Shown here one piece after another: positions 47,393 through 57,648 of a stretch of DNA of 64,000 bases; the first letter of the stretch is position 1; every line of letters starts with the position of its first letter. Origin of the DNA: Candidatus Kapaibacterium sp. (lineage in GTDB: Bacteria; Bacteroidota; Ignavibacteria; Kapaibacteriales; UBA2268). The stretch covers positions 128,001 through 192,000 of the forward strand of contig OY761611.1 in the NCBI GenBank assembly GCA_963664875.1. The letters are read 5' to 3'. The position numbers were made by a program, and so were the translations under genes. The notes beneath the pieces are model-generated. The model was not told where the DNA came from. It saw nothing but the letters and a program-made list of their open reading frames with translations, and did no database searches.

Positions 47393-50209
47393 ATGAAACG
47401 ATTTTTGCAATTAGCAGTTTTGTTGCTGCTTTTTGGCTTTGCTGCGGGTCAGGCAGACGTGCCAAAAGTTGACATAACTAATATGTCGAAAAAGTTACCG
47501 GTAGATCCTGATGTTAAAATCGGCAAACTTGATAACGGAATCACTTATTACATCAGAAAAAATCAAAAACCTGAAGAGTATGCGCACTTCCGCATCGTTT
47601 TTGCTGCCGGTGCAATTCAGGAAGATGACGACCAAAACGGTTTAGCTCACTTTACTGAGCACATGTGCTTCAATGGTACAAAAAACTTCCCAGAAAACAA
47701 ACTTATTGAAGTTTTGCAAAAAGCTGGTGTTCGATTTGGTGCTGACTTAAATGCAAGTACCGGTTACGACCAAACTATGTACGAACTCCCAATTCCGTTG
47801 AATAACCCGGAGTTATTGGAAGATGCATTCCAAATCTTGGAAGATTGGTCACACAATGTACTTTTTGAAGGCAAAGATATTGACGATGAACGTGGCGTTA
47901 TCATCAATGAATGGAGACAAAGAAACAATGCTGGAATGCGTTTAAATGACAAACATGCTCCAAAATTATTCTATGGCTCTAAATTTGCAAAAAGAAACGT
48001 TATTGGTGATACTGCAATTATTTTGAACTTTGAACACGATGTAATCAGAAGATTCTATAAAGATTGGTATCGTTCTGATTTGATGGCTGTAGTAGCTGTT
48101 GGTGATTTTGATGTTGCAGATATGGAAAAAAGAATCAAAAAATATTTCAGCAGAATCCAACCTGTAAAAAATCCTAGAAAACATGAGATTTATCCTGTTC
48201 CAAATCACAAAGAGACATTTGTTTCTATAGCATCAGATCCTGAGCTTACAACTGATCAGGTTGCAGTCTATATCAAACATGACAAAAAAGAAAGCGTTAC
48301 CTATAATGACTATCGCGAAAGCTTGAAAGAGCAAATGATTAACTCTATGTTTGGCGATCGTTTCAGAGAAGTTACTCAAAAACCTGGTGCTCCTTTCTTA
48401 GGTGGAAGTGCTTTTTATACAGATTATCTCGGTGATAAATCTATGTTTATGGTTTCTGTTACAACTGAAGGCGGCAAATCTATGCAAGGTTTAGAAGGAG
48501 CCCTCGATGAAGTACACAGAGTGTTAAAACACGGTTTTACTGAATCAGAATTGAAAGTTGTGAAAAACGAAATTTTAGCAAATTACGAATCTTATTACAA
48601 CGAAAGAAAAGGCACTCAACACAGATCTTACGTTGGCGAATATACTCGTAACTTTATTGACAAAGAAGCAATGCCCGGTATCGAATGGGAATATGGTTTT
48701 ACTGCTGCAGTATTGCCAACTATTACTATAGACGAAATCAATCAGCTTGCTAAATCTTATTTTAGAAATGATAACACTGTGATTACTCTATCTTTGGTTG
48801 AAGGACATACATTCCCAACTGAAAATCAAGTATTAGCACTTTACAAAAATGCTGCAAACAAAGATTTAGCTCCTTATGAAGCTAAAGAAGTAGCAGATGT
48901 ATTGTTCAACAGAAACGTTACCCCTGGTAAAATCGTTGCTACAAAAGAAAATAAAGAAGTAGGATTTACAGAATTTACACTTTCAAATGGTGCAAAAGTT
49001 GTTATCAAATCAACAGATTTCTCTGATGATGAAGTTCTTTTTGCAGCTAACTCTCGTGGTGGTGTTTCTTTAGCTAGTAAAGAAGATTATTTCACTTCTT
49101 CTGTTGCCGGACAATTCGTTCCAATGGGAGGTATTGCTGACTTTTCTATGATGGATTTACAGAAAGTACTTGCAGGTAAAAATGCAAGTGTAAGACCTAT
49201 GATTTCTGAAATGAGTGAAGGCTTTAGAGGTCAATCTACTCAGAAAGATATTGAAACAATGCTTCAGTTGGTAAATCTTTACTTTACTCAACCACGTAAA
49301 GATGATATTATTTTCCAAGCTATTAAACAACAATTCTCTGGAATACTTGCTCAAAGAAGCAACAATCCTCAAAGTGCTTTCCAAGATACAATGGGATTGG
49401 TTATGTCAGGATACCACTATACAGCAACTCCACCAAGTGTTGAGTTATTAAATAGTGTTGACTACGACAAAGCAATCCAATTCTTTAAAGACAGATATGC
49501 AAATGCAGGCGACTTCACATTCTACTTTGTAGGAAATGTAGATGCTAACCAATTGAAACCAATGATCGAAAAATATATCGCTTCTCTTCCGGGCAACGAT
49601 AAAAAAGAAAATTGGAAAGACATGGGCATCAAAACTCCAAGAGAAAAAATCACAAAACGCTTCAAAAATGGCAATGAAGACAGAACTATGGTTTACATGG
49701 CAATCACAGGTGATTTTGACTGGAGCCAAGAATCTCGCCATAGAATTCGCTCAATGGTAGAAGTATTAGACATCAGATTTACTCAGGAAATCAGAGAAAA
49801 ATTGGGTGGTGTTTACTCTCCTGGTATTTGGGTAACTACTGAAAAATATCCTAATCCTGAATACAAAATCAATATCAACTTTGTGTGTGAACCTTCAAGA
49901 ACTGATGAGTTAGTAGCAGCTTCTGAAAAATTATTGAACGAGATGAAATCTAATTTGGAAGAAGAATCTACTGATAAAGTCATCAAAGCTCAGTTAGGTG
50001 AAAGAGTAAGAGATATTAAAACAAATCAGTATTGGTTGAATTCTCTATCAAACGCTTATTTGAATGATGAGCCTGTTGATGGTGTTTTGACTTACGAAAA
50101 ATATATCAATAATTTGACTGCAAAAGATGTACAAAAAGCAGCTCAAAAATATATTAACTTAGACCACTTGGTAAAAGTTATTATGGAACCTACTACAGTT
50201 AAAAACTAA
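47393..50209 (+). CDS. M16 family zinc peptidase (PqqL-like)
   Basis: Signal peptide, GLAHFTEHMCFNGT (HxxEH), IREKLGGVY. Confidence 0.93.
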   Translation: MKRFLQLAVLLLLFGFAAGQADVPKVDITNMSKKLPVDPDVKIGKLDNGITYYIRKNQKPEEYAHFRIVFAAGAIQEDDDQNGLAHFTEHMCFNGTKNFPENKLIEVLQKAGVRFGADLNASTGYDQTMYELPIPLNNPELLEDAFQILEDWSHNVLFEGKDIDDERGVIINEWRQRNNAGMRLNDKHAPKLFYGSKFAKRNVIGDTAIILNFEHDVIRRFYKDWYRSDLMAVVAVGDFDVADMEKRIKKYFSRIQPVKNPRKHEIYPVPNHKETFVSIASDPELTTDQVAVYIKHDKKESVTYNDYRESLKEQMINSMFGDRFREVTQKPGAPFLGGSAFYTDYLGDKSMFMVSVTTEGGKSMQGLEGALDEVHRVLKHGFTESELKVVKNEILANYESYYNERKGTQHRSYVGEYTRNFIDKEAMPGIEWEYGFTAAVLPTITIDEINQLAKSYFRNDNTVITLSLVEGHTFPTENQVLALYKNAANKDLAPYEAKEVADVLFNRNVTPGKIVATKENKEVGFTEFTLSNGAKVVIKSTDFSDDEVLFAANSRGGVSLASKEDYFTSSVAGQFVPMGGIADFSMMDLQKVLAGKNASVRPMISEMSEGFRGQSTQKDIETMLQLVNLYFTQPRKDDIIFQAIKQQFSGILAQRSNNPQSAFQDTMGLVMSGYHYTATPPSVELLNSVDYDKAIQFFKDRYANAGDFTFYFVGNVDANQLKPMIEKYIASLPGNDKKENWKDMGIKTPREKITKRFKNGNEDRTMVYMAITGDFDWSQESRHRIRSMVEVLDIRFTQEIREKLGGVYSPGIWVTTEKYPNPEYKININFVCEPSRTDELVAASEKLLNEMKSNLEEESTDKVIKAQLGERVRDIKTNQYWLNSLSNAYLNDEPVDGVLTYEKYINNLTAKDVQKAAQKYINLDHLVKVIMEPTTVKN

Positions 50210-50232
50210 TTGAAGTAGAAGTATTTTCTTAC

Positions 50233-50268
50233 AGGGGTTGCTCTTTATCTGAGAGTAACCTCTTTGTT
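50233..50268 (+). terminator. Intrinsic terminator
   Basis: AGGGGTTGCTCT...AGAGTAACCTCT followed by T-rich sequence. Confidence 0.7.
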
Positions 50269-50423
50269 TATAAAAAAGACATACCATTGATTTTACGTAT
50301 ATGCTGACCAAGTCAGTACAAACCACAAAGACTGTGGATTAATAGTACTTTTGTATTTCAATGATTATGCTTAAGTTAGTCTATTGTGTTAAGTGTTTGT
50401 TAAACTAATAGTTTCATACGCAA

Positions 50424-52544
50424 ATGAAAAATTTATTTCTGTTGGTTTTTGCTGCGGGGCTCTTTATGATGGCTTGTAACAAAACTGAAAAAGTAGAAGC
50501 TCCTGCTTCTGACAATCCGTTCTTCACAGAATGGACAACGCCTTTTGCTACTCCTGATTTTTCTAAAATCAAGGACGAACATTACAGACCAGCCTTTATG
50601 AAAGGTATCGAAGAAAAAAGAGCTGATATTAAAGCAATTGTAGATAACAAAGAAGAACCTACTTTTGCAAATACTATCGAAGCTTTAGAAAAATCAGGAC
50701 AACTTCTTGATCGAGTATCAAATGTCTTCTTTAATTTGCAAGGAGCCAATACTAATGATACTATAATTGCAGTTACTGAAGACTTGCTCCCTGAATTGAC
50801 AGCACTTGGAAGCGAAACTACAATGAATGATGCTTTGTTCCAAAGAATCAAAAAATTGTATGATACAAAAGAATCTCTTGGCTTAAATAAAGAACAAGCT
50901 AAAGTACTTGAAAACTACTATAAATCGTTCACTCGTAACGGTGCGTTGCTTGATGCTGCACAGAAAGAAGAACTTAAAAAAATTGATGTTGAAATAAGCA
51001 CTCTTACTAATAAATTTGGTAACAATGTCTTAGAAGAAACAAACAGATTCAAGATGGTTCTTGATAAAAAAGAAGATTTAGCAGGTCTTCCTCAGTCAGT
51101 AATTGATGCTGCTGCTGATGCTGCTAAAGCTGATGGCCAAGAGGGTAAATGGATGTTTACAATCCAAAAACCATCATTGATTCCTTTCCTTACTTACTCT
51201 TCTAACAGAGAGCTTAGACAAAAAATGTTTAACGCTTACACTCACATGGGCGATAACAATGATGAATTTGATAACAAAGAAATCGCTGTTAAAGTTGCAA
51301 ATTTGAGAGTAAAAAGAGCTCACCTTCTTGGATATAAATCACACGCTGATTATATCTTGGAAGAAAACATGGCAAAAAACCCTGCAAAATTCTACGAATT
51401 AGCCGGTAAAATCTGGGAACCTGCAGTTGCTAATGCTAAAAAAGAAGTAGCTGAAATGCAAAAAATTATCGATGCAGAAGGTGGAAACTTCAAATTGGCT
51501 GCTTGGGACTGGTGGTACTATGCTGAAAAAGTAAGAAAAGAAAAATACGACTTAGACGAAGAAATGCTTAAGCCTTACTTCAAATTAGAAAATGTAAGAG
51601 ATGGTGCTTTTACGCTTGCTAATAAACTTTATGGTATTACTTTTGAAAAACGCGACGATATTTCAATCTACCACCCTGAAGTTGAAGTATTTGAAGTAAA
51701 AGAAGCTGATGGTTCTCATATCGGTATTCTTTACACTGATTACTTCCCAAGAGCAAGCAAAAGAGGTGGAGCATGGATGAATGCTTACAGATCAAGAACA
51801 AACATGGGAGAATTGAAAACTCCAATTATTTGCAACGTTTGTAACTTTACTAAACCTGCTGGTGACAAACCATCATTGCTTACTTTCGAAGAAGTTACTA
51901 CTTTATTTCATGAATTTGGTCACGCATTGCATGGCTTGCTTACTAAAGGTAACTATCCTTCAGTAACAGGTACTGCAGTTTCTCGCGACTTCGTAGAGTT
52001 ACCTTCTCAGGTAATGGAAAACTGGTGTGCAGAACCGGAAATGTTGAAACTATATGCTAAACATTATGAAACCGGAGAAGTTATTCCTGATGAGTTAATC
52101 AAAAAAATTCAGGATGCAGGCAAATTCAACATGGGATTTGTAACAACTGAGTATATGTCAGCTGCTTTACTTGATATGGACTGGCACACTTGGACTGAAC
52201 CTAAACAAGTTGAATGTAATGCTTTTGAAAAAGAATCTTTAGACAAACATAATATGATTGATGAAATCGTAGTTCGTTACAGATCTACATACTTCCGTCA
52301 TATCTTCTCTGATCCAATTGGATATTCTGCAGGTTACTACGGATATATCTGGTGTGGTGTTCTTGATTCTGACGTGTTTGAAGCATTTAAAGAAACAAGC
52401 TTGTTTGATCAGGCTACTGCAACATCATTTAGAAAAAATATCTTAGAAAAAGGTGGAACTGAAGACGCTATGGATATGTATAAAGCATTCCGTGGACGTG
52501 AACCAATTGTAGAACCACTTCTTAAAAAACGTGGCTTATTATAA
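50424..52544 (+). CDS. dcp: M3 family peptidyl-dipeptidase (lipoprotein)
   Basis: Lipobox MMAC, KRGGAWM, FHEFGHALH, DFVELPSQ, YSAGYY. Confidence 0.9.
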   Translation: MKNLFLLVFAAGLFMMACNKTEKVEAPASDNPFFTEWTTPFATPDFSKIKDEHYRPAFMKGIEEKRADIKAIVDNKEEPTFANTIEALEKSGQLLDRVSNVFFNLQGANTNDTIIAVTEDLLPELTALGSETTMNDALFQRIKKLYDTKESLGLNKEQAKVLENYYKSFTRNGALLDAAQKEELKKIDVEISTLTNKFGNNVLEETNRFKMVLDKKEDLAGLPQSVIDAAADAAKADGQEGKWMFTIQKPSLIPFLTYSSNRELRQKMFNAYTHMGDNNDEFDNKEIAVKVANLRVKRAHLLGYKSHADYILEENMAKNPAKFYELAGKIWEPAVANAKKEVAEMQKIIDAEGGNFKLAAWDWWYYAEKVRKEKYDLDEEMLKPYFKLENVRDGAFTLANKLYGITFEKRDDISIYHPEVEVFEVKEADGSHIGILYTDYFPRASKRGGAWMNAYRSRTNMGELKTPIICNVCNFTKPAGDKPSLLTFEEVTTLFHEFGHALHGLLTKGNYPSVTGTAVSRDFVELPSQVMENWCAEPEMLKLYAKHYETGEVIPDELIKKIQDAGKFNMGFVTTEYMSAALLDMDWHTWTEPKQVECNAFEKESLDKHNMIDEIVVRYRSTYFRHIFSDPIGYSAGYYGYIWCGVLDSDVFEAFKETSLFDQATATSFRKNILEKGGTEDAMDMYKAFRGREPIVEPLLKKRGLL

Positions 52545-52564
52545 GCTATAATTGCTTAGATTTG

Positions 52565-52598
52565 AGGTGTGTTTCTTTATTGAGACACACCTTTTTTT
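52565..52598 (+). terminator. Intrinsic terminator after dcp
   Basis: AGGTGTGTTTC...GAGACACACCT plus T-run. Confidence 0.8.
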
Positions 52599-52626
52599 AT
52601 TTATATACATCGAGTAGGGTATAAAC

Positions 52627-52944
52627 ATGAATTGGGTGATTCTTATAATCGCAGGTTTGTTTGAGACAGGCTGGGCAATCGGATTGAAATATACTGAAGG
52701 GTTTACAAAGTTAGTTCCTTCTGTTTTAACAGCCGTCAGTATGGCAATAAGTGTATATTTACTTTCTGTAGCTCTCAAAGAAATTCCTATTGGAACAGGC
52801 TATGCTGTTTGGACCGGAATTGGTGCAGTTGGAACTGCCATTTTAGGGATGGTGTTATTTGATGAGTCAAGAGATATAGCAAGGATAATATGCATACTAC
52901 TTATCGTATCGGGTATTATAGGACTGAAAATATTTTCAAAATAG
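52627..52944 (+). CDS. sugE: SMR family exporter, SugE/Gdx subtype
   Basis: [32 protein letters not shown], 4 TM segments. Confidence 0.9.
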   Translation: MNWVILIIAGLFETGWAIGLKYTEGFTKLVPSVLTAVSMAISVYLLSVALKEIPIGTGYAVWTGIGAVGTAILGMVLFDESRDIARIICILLIVSGIIGLKIFSK

Positions 52945-53008
52945 CGAAGTTATCTAAAATATTTTGACTGAAAAAGAGTATAATTACTAATAGAACAATA
53001 AGCAAAAA

Positions 53009-56000
53009 ATGACAATTATGAATTCAGTCAAACATATAGTTGAAGAAATATATAAGTTAGGAAATGAGATTACTGATAGAGAGCAATTTGACAACTTAGT
53101 ATCAAATTTTCTCGCTCAGCATGAGATAGATATAAATGTTGAGAATACTAAGCTCCCTAATATTGGTTCTGAATTTAAGCTCCAATCAAAAGTATTTGAC
53201 AGTGATGCTTTATCTCTTTTATCCATTGTTATTAATAATTGCAGAAATAATTTTGTCGAAGACAATTTCGTTTGGGTTGATAATATTCCTTTGCCCGCTG
53301 CTATAGTTGGGTTCGACACAAAGGAAATTGTATCAAGCAATAAATTATTTGATTGTATTGCTATTTCAAAAACAAAAAAACTGATGTGTTCGGAATCAGA
53401 TAATCAAAAGCTATGTATAGATTGCCCTTTGTATAATCTCGACAAAGATACTAAAGCAACAGAAAATGGTACACACTTCTGCCGTCTTTTTCAATTTAGA
53501 TTCAAATATTCAATTTTAAGCCACAAAAGTTCTAAATACATACTTTTTGTGTGTTTAGATAATATTGGTGACGAGGAAAGACTATTACTTACTCTAAAAG
53601 AATTGGAGTTTTTCTACTTTGCAGTGGACAGTAATATTCTGATTGAATATTATGACAGCGAGATGCATATTTTGCATGCTAATCAGTTGTTTTGCGACAA
53701 ACTTGGCTACTCAGTAGGAGAGATAACTGGAAAAGGATATGATTTTTGTGATGCCTCTTACCATTCTAAGCAATTTCACAAAGACTTACTAAAAACCTGT
53801 AAACACCACAAGGTTTGGCAAGGTCTGATTAAGATCAAAGGAAGAAATAACGAGGAAATCTGGTTAGATAAAACCATAATACCTGCACCAGAGCACACGC
53901 AGATACCCTATGCTTATGTTGCTTTAAGCTACGATGTTACAACTCTAAAACAATCACAGAATGATTTGCTGCTGATGACACAAGTATTCGAGCAAAGCCC
54001 TGCCTCTATCATGATTACAGACGCAAAAGGATTTATTGAATATGTCAATCCTCATTTTGAAAAAATATCAGGATATAAGTCTGAAGAGATTGTAGGCAAA
54101 AAACCTTCATTTTTGAAATCAGGATATACTTCGGAAGAAGATTATAAAAATCTTTGGAGCAAAATAAAAAAAGGCGGAACTTGGCACGGTCAGTTTTGTA
54201 ATAAGAAAAAAAACGGACAGCTGTTTTGGGAATTTGCTTCAATCGCACCTGTTAAAGATTTTAACGGCAAGATTACCAGTTATATCGCCTTAAAAGAAGA
54301 TATTACCCAGCTAAAAAAATCCGAGCATATTTTAGAATCCAACAATGCTTTGATGACATCTGTTGTTGATTCTATTTCAGAAGGCATTCTTGCATTCGAT
54401 ATCACTGATCGAGTGAGTATGTTTAATAACAGATTCTTAGAACTTTTTGAACTGACCGGCAAAGAAGTAGAAAATCTCAAAAGAAAAGATTTGATAAGTC
54501 AACTTGGCAATTATTTTACCGATTCACAGGAATTTGATTTATTCATATCAAATGCGGAAAATTCACCTGAAATTGTACATTCTAAAATGTTTCAGTTAAA
54601 TAACAACCGATATTTTGATTTTGCAATTCGACCTCAGAGCTCCTATAATCGTAATTATGGGATGATTTGGTCTTTCAACGATTACACTGCTATCCAATTT
54701 ATACAGCGTCAGCTTATGAAAAACAATCAGGAATTGACTGACATTAATATAGAATTGGACAGAAAAACTCAAATACTTCAGAATACTATTCGAGAGTTGG
54801 AAATCCAGAAAAACATAGCAGAAACTGCGACTAAGGCTAAAAACGAATTTTTAGCAAACATGAGTCATGAAATCAGAACACCAATGAATTCGATACTCGG
54901 TTTTACGCAGATACTAAAAAATACTCTTAATGATTCGAAACACAAATTATTCCTTGACGCAATAGAAAGCAGCGGTAACAATTTGATGATACTTCTGAAT
55001 GATTTGCTCGATTTGTCAAAAATTGAAGCAGGCAAGATGATTATCAAACAAAATAAAGTAAGTTTTGCAAGGCTTTCGAAAGAATTATATAACATATTTA
55101 GATTAGAAGCTCAAAGAAAAGGGATTGACTTTGAAATTAAATTATCAGAAGAATTGCCGAGCAATATAATTATTGACGAAATCAGGTTAAGACAGATATT
55201 ATTCAATATTGTAGGCAATGCAATAAAATTCACCTCAAAGGGTGCAGTTCTTTTGGATATTTCTGGGAGTATCTTGAGTGATAAAAAATTAGATTTGACA
55301 TTCAAAGTTATTGATACCGGTGTTGGTATCGAAGACTCTCTTCAGGAGACTATATTTGATTTGTTTTATCATAAAACAACCGAGCCTCAGGATGTTGCAT
55401 TAGGGACCGGCTTAGGTTTGGCAATCAGCAGAAAACTTTCGCATCTGATGAACGGGAATATTACTCTGAAGTCAAAACTTGGGGAAGGAAGCAGTTTCTA
55501 TGTCAAGCTCAATGATATAGAATATTATTCGGAAGAAGTTCCGGAAGATTGTTGTAATGCGGAAGAGATTGCATATTTCAACAATCTTATAAAAGTCTTA
55601 GTGGTTGACGATGTTATGCTTAACAGAAAACTTGTTTCAGAGTTTTTAGCCGACAAAAATTGTCAGATTTTTGAAGCTGAATCCGGCGATGCAGCTATCG
55701 AGATAGCAAAACAAGAGAAACCGGATATTGTCTTTATGGATATCAAAATGCCACAAATGAGTGGAATCGAAGCAACAACAAAGCTAAGGGAGATGTATGC
55801 TGATATTATTATTGTTGCAATTACTGCTTCAGTGACTTATTCTGCTCAGGAATTCAAAGAATTGACTTTTAACGATTTTATTCTCAAGCCTTTAGAACAA
55901 AATGAGCTTTTAAGAGCTATTGTTACAAATTTGAAAATAAAAGAATTTGAGAAAAAGAAAACTAAGCAAATCAAGAATAAACAATTAGAGTTTTCTAAAC

Positions 56001-56257
56001 TGCATAATTCTAAAGATTTTTTTGCTAATTTGGAAGAAGCTTATAAATTATGGACAAGCATAGAAAAAAGCAAAAAAATCAGCGACATCAAACAGTGGGT
56101 TTATGCGATGAATGAAACTGCAAAGTTGCATGAGTGCAAAATTTTAGCTGACTACTGCCAAAAATTGAGTAACTCACTGGAAGATTTTGATTTTGTGCAA
56201 TTACCAAAATATTTAGCTGAATTTCCGGATTTATATCAGAAAATTACTAATTCTTAG
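53009..56257 (+). CDS. Hybrid PAS sensor histidine kinase/response regulator
   Basis: PAS repeats, FLANMSHEIRTP, GNAIKFT, GTGLGL, REC VVDD..FMDIKMP. Confidence 0.93.
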   Translation: MTIMNSVKHIVEEIYKLGNEITDREQFDNLVSNFLAQHEIDINVENTKLPNIGSEFKLQSKVFDSDALSLLSIVINNCRNNFVEDNFVWVDNIPLPAAIVGFDTKEIVSSNKLFDCIAISKTKKLMCSESDNQKLCIDCPLYNLDKDTKATENGTHFCRLFQFRFKYSILSHKSSKYILFVCLDNIGDEERLLLTLKELEFFYFAVDSNILIEYYDSEMHILHANQLFCDKLGYSVGEITGKGYDFCDASYHSKQFHKDLLKTCKHHKVWQGLIKIKGRNNEEIWLDKTIIPAPEHTQIPYAYVALSYDVTTLKQSQNDLLLMTQVFEQSPASIMITDAKGFIEYVNPHFEKISGYKSEEIVGKKPSFLKSGYTSEEDYKNLWSKIKKGGTWHGQFCNKKKNGQLFWEFASIAPVKDFNGKITSYIALKEDITQLKKSEHILESNNALMTSVVDSISEGILAFDITDRVSMFNNRFLELFELTGKEVENLKRKDLISQLGNYFTDSQEFDLFISNAENSPEIVHSKMFQLNNNRYFDFAIRPQSSYNRNYGMIWSFNDYTAIQFIQRQLMKNNQELTDINIELDRKTQILQNTIRELEIQKNIAETATKAKNEFLANMSHEIRTPMNSILGFTQILKNTLNDSKHKLFLDAIESSGNNLMILLNDLLDLSKIEAGKMIIKQNKVSFARLSKELYNIFRLEAQRKGIDFEIKLSEELPSNIIIDEIRLRQILFNIVGNAIKFTSKGAVLLDISGSILSDKKLDLTFKVIDTGVGIEDSLQETIFDLFYHKTTEPQDVALGTGLGLAISRKLSHLMNGNITLKSKLGEGSSFYVKLNDIEYYSEEVPEDCCNAEEIAYFNNLIKVLVVDDVMLNRKLVSEFLADKNCQIFEAESGDAAIEIAKQEKPDIVFMDIKMPQMSGIEATTKLREMYADIIIVAITASVTYSAQEFKELTFNDFILKPLEQNELLRAIVTNLKIKEFEKKKTKQIKNKQLEFSKLHNSKDFFANLEEAYKLWTSIEKSKKISDIKQWVYAMNETAKLHECKILADYCQKLSNSLEDFDFVQLPKYLAEFPDLYQKITNS

Positions 56258-56268
56258 AGAAAAATATT

Positions 56269-57405
56269 ATGACTGAATCAAAGAAGCCATTAGTATTAGT
56301 TGTAGATGATATGCCTCGAAACCTTCAGATATTAAGCACTTTGCTTGATAACGAAGGGTTTGATATTACATTTGCTAATAATGGAAAGCAGGCAATTGAA
56401 GTAGCACAAAGTGCTGAGCCTGATTTGATTCTGTTGGATGTCATGATGCCTGAAATGAATGGGTTCGAAGCTTGCAGAATAATGAAAAGCATGGATGCTA
56501 CTAAAGATATACCTATTATCTTTATTACCGGAAGATCTAACACAGAAGACATAGTAGAAGGTTTCAAATCAGGGGCAGTTGACTATGTAACCAAACCATT
56601 TAACACAGTTGAAATGGTAAGTAGAATCAGGACTCATCTAGAACTGAAATTTTCTAAAGATATTGTTATAGCTTCAAATAAAAAATTGGAAGAATACAGA
56701 AATGAGTTAGAACAAGTCATTCGCTCTAAAGACAAGTTCTTTTCTATAATTGCTCACGATTTGAGAGGTCCTTTCAGTGGTTTTATTGGGCTGACTTCCA
56801 TGCTTATGGAAGATTTCGAAGAGCTTGGAAAAGAAGATATTGTTCAGATTTCGGGGTCACTAAATAGCTCTGCAAAACATCTCTATGAACTACTTGAAAA
56901 TTTATTGGATTGGTCACGCTCTCAGATGGGCAAAATGGACTACAACCCTATAAATACAGATTTATATCAAAATGTAACAAAAGTATTCTCCTTGTTGGAA
57001 GCAAAATCGAAAGAAAAAAATATCAGCTTAGAGACTTCAATAACAATAAATACGTATGCTTATGCTGACAATAATATGCTAAACACGATTTTGCGTAACT
57101 TGATTTCTAATGCTATCAAATTTACCTACTCTGGAGGTAAAATTTCTATTGATTCTGTTGCTTCTGACGATTTTGTAAAAGTATCTGTTGCAGATACAGG
57201 AACAGGTATGACAGAAGATGCAATGGAGAAAATATTTAGAATTGATACCAAATACACAACACCCGGAACAAATGAAGAGAAAGGTACAGGTTTAGGACTT
57301 ATTTTATGTAAAGAGTTAGTAGAAAAGCAGGGCGGAGAAATTTCTGTTTCAAGTGAATTAGACAAAGGTACAATTTTTACTTTTACCTTACCTGTTCCGA
57401 GATAA
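56269..57405 (+). CDS. REC-histidine kinase hybrid
   Basis: VVDD, LLDVMMP, DYVTKP, IAHDLRGP, SNAIKF, GTGLGL. Confidence 0.93.
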   Translation: MTESKKPLVLVVDDMPRNLQILSTLLDNEGFDITFANNGKQAIEVAQSAEPDLILLDVMMPEMNGFEACRIMKSMDATKDIPIIFITGRSNTEDIVEGFKSGAVDYVTKPFNTVEMVSRIRTHLELKFSKDIVIASNKKLEEYRNELEQVIRSKDKFFSIIAHDLRGPFSGFIGLTSMLMEDFEELGKEDIVQISGSLNSSAKHLYELLENLLDWSRSQMGKMDYNPINTDLYQNVTKVFSLLEAKSKEKNISLETSITINTYAYADNNMLNTILRNLISNAIKFTYSGGKISIDSVASDDFVKVSVADTGTGMTEDAMEKIFRIDTKYTTPGTNEEKGTGLGLILCKELVEKQGGEISVSSELDKGTIFTFTLPVPR

Positions 57406-57648
57406 ATGCAATTTATCAGAATATAGGCAATTAAATGCCTGTATTATCTTCGATTCTTACTTGCCATTTTTTTTTGATTACTTTTCCCACAAAGAGGAAA
57501 AAGTATCAAATATTTCCTACTATTATAGTAATTTTAAGGGTTTGTATAATCCAAAAATTAAACAGATTATTTCGACTCTTGAAAAGCGAGAATCAATTTA
57601 CTTTAAAAGCAAAAATATTATTAGTATTTATAAAATAGAGGGATTTTG

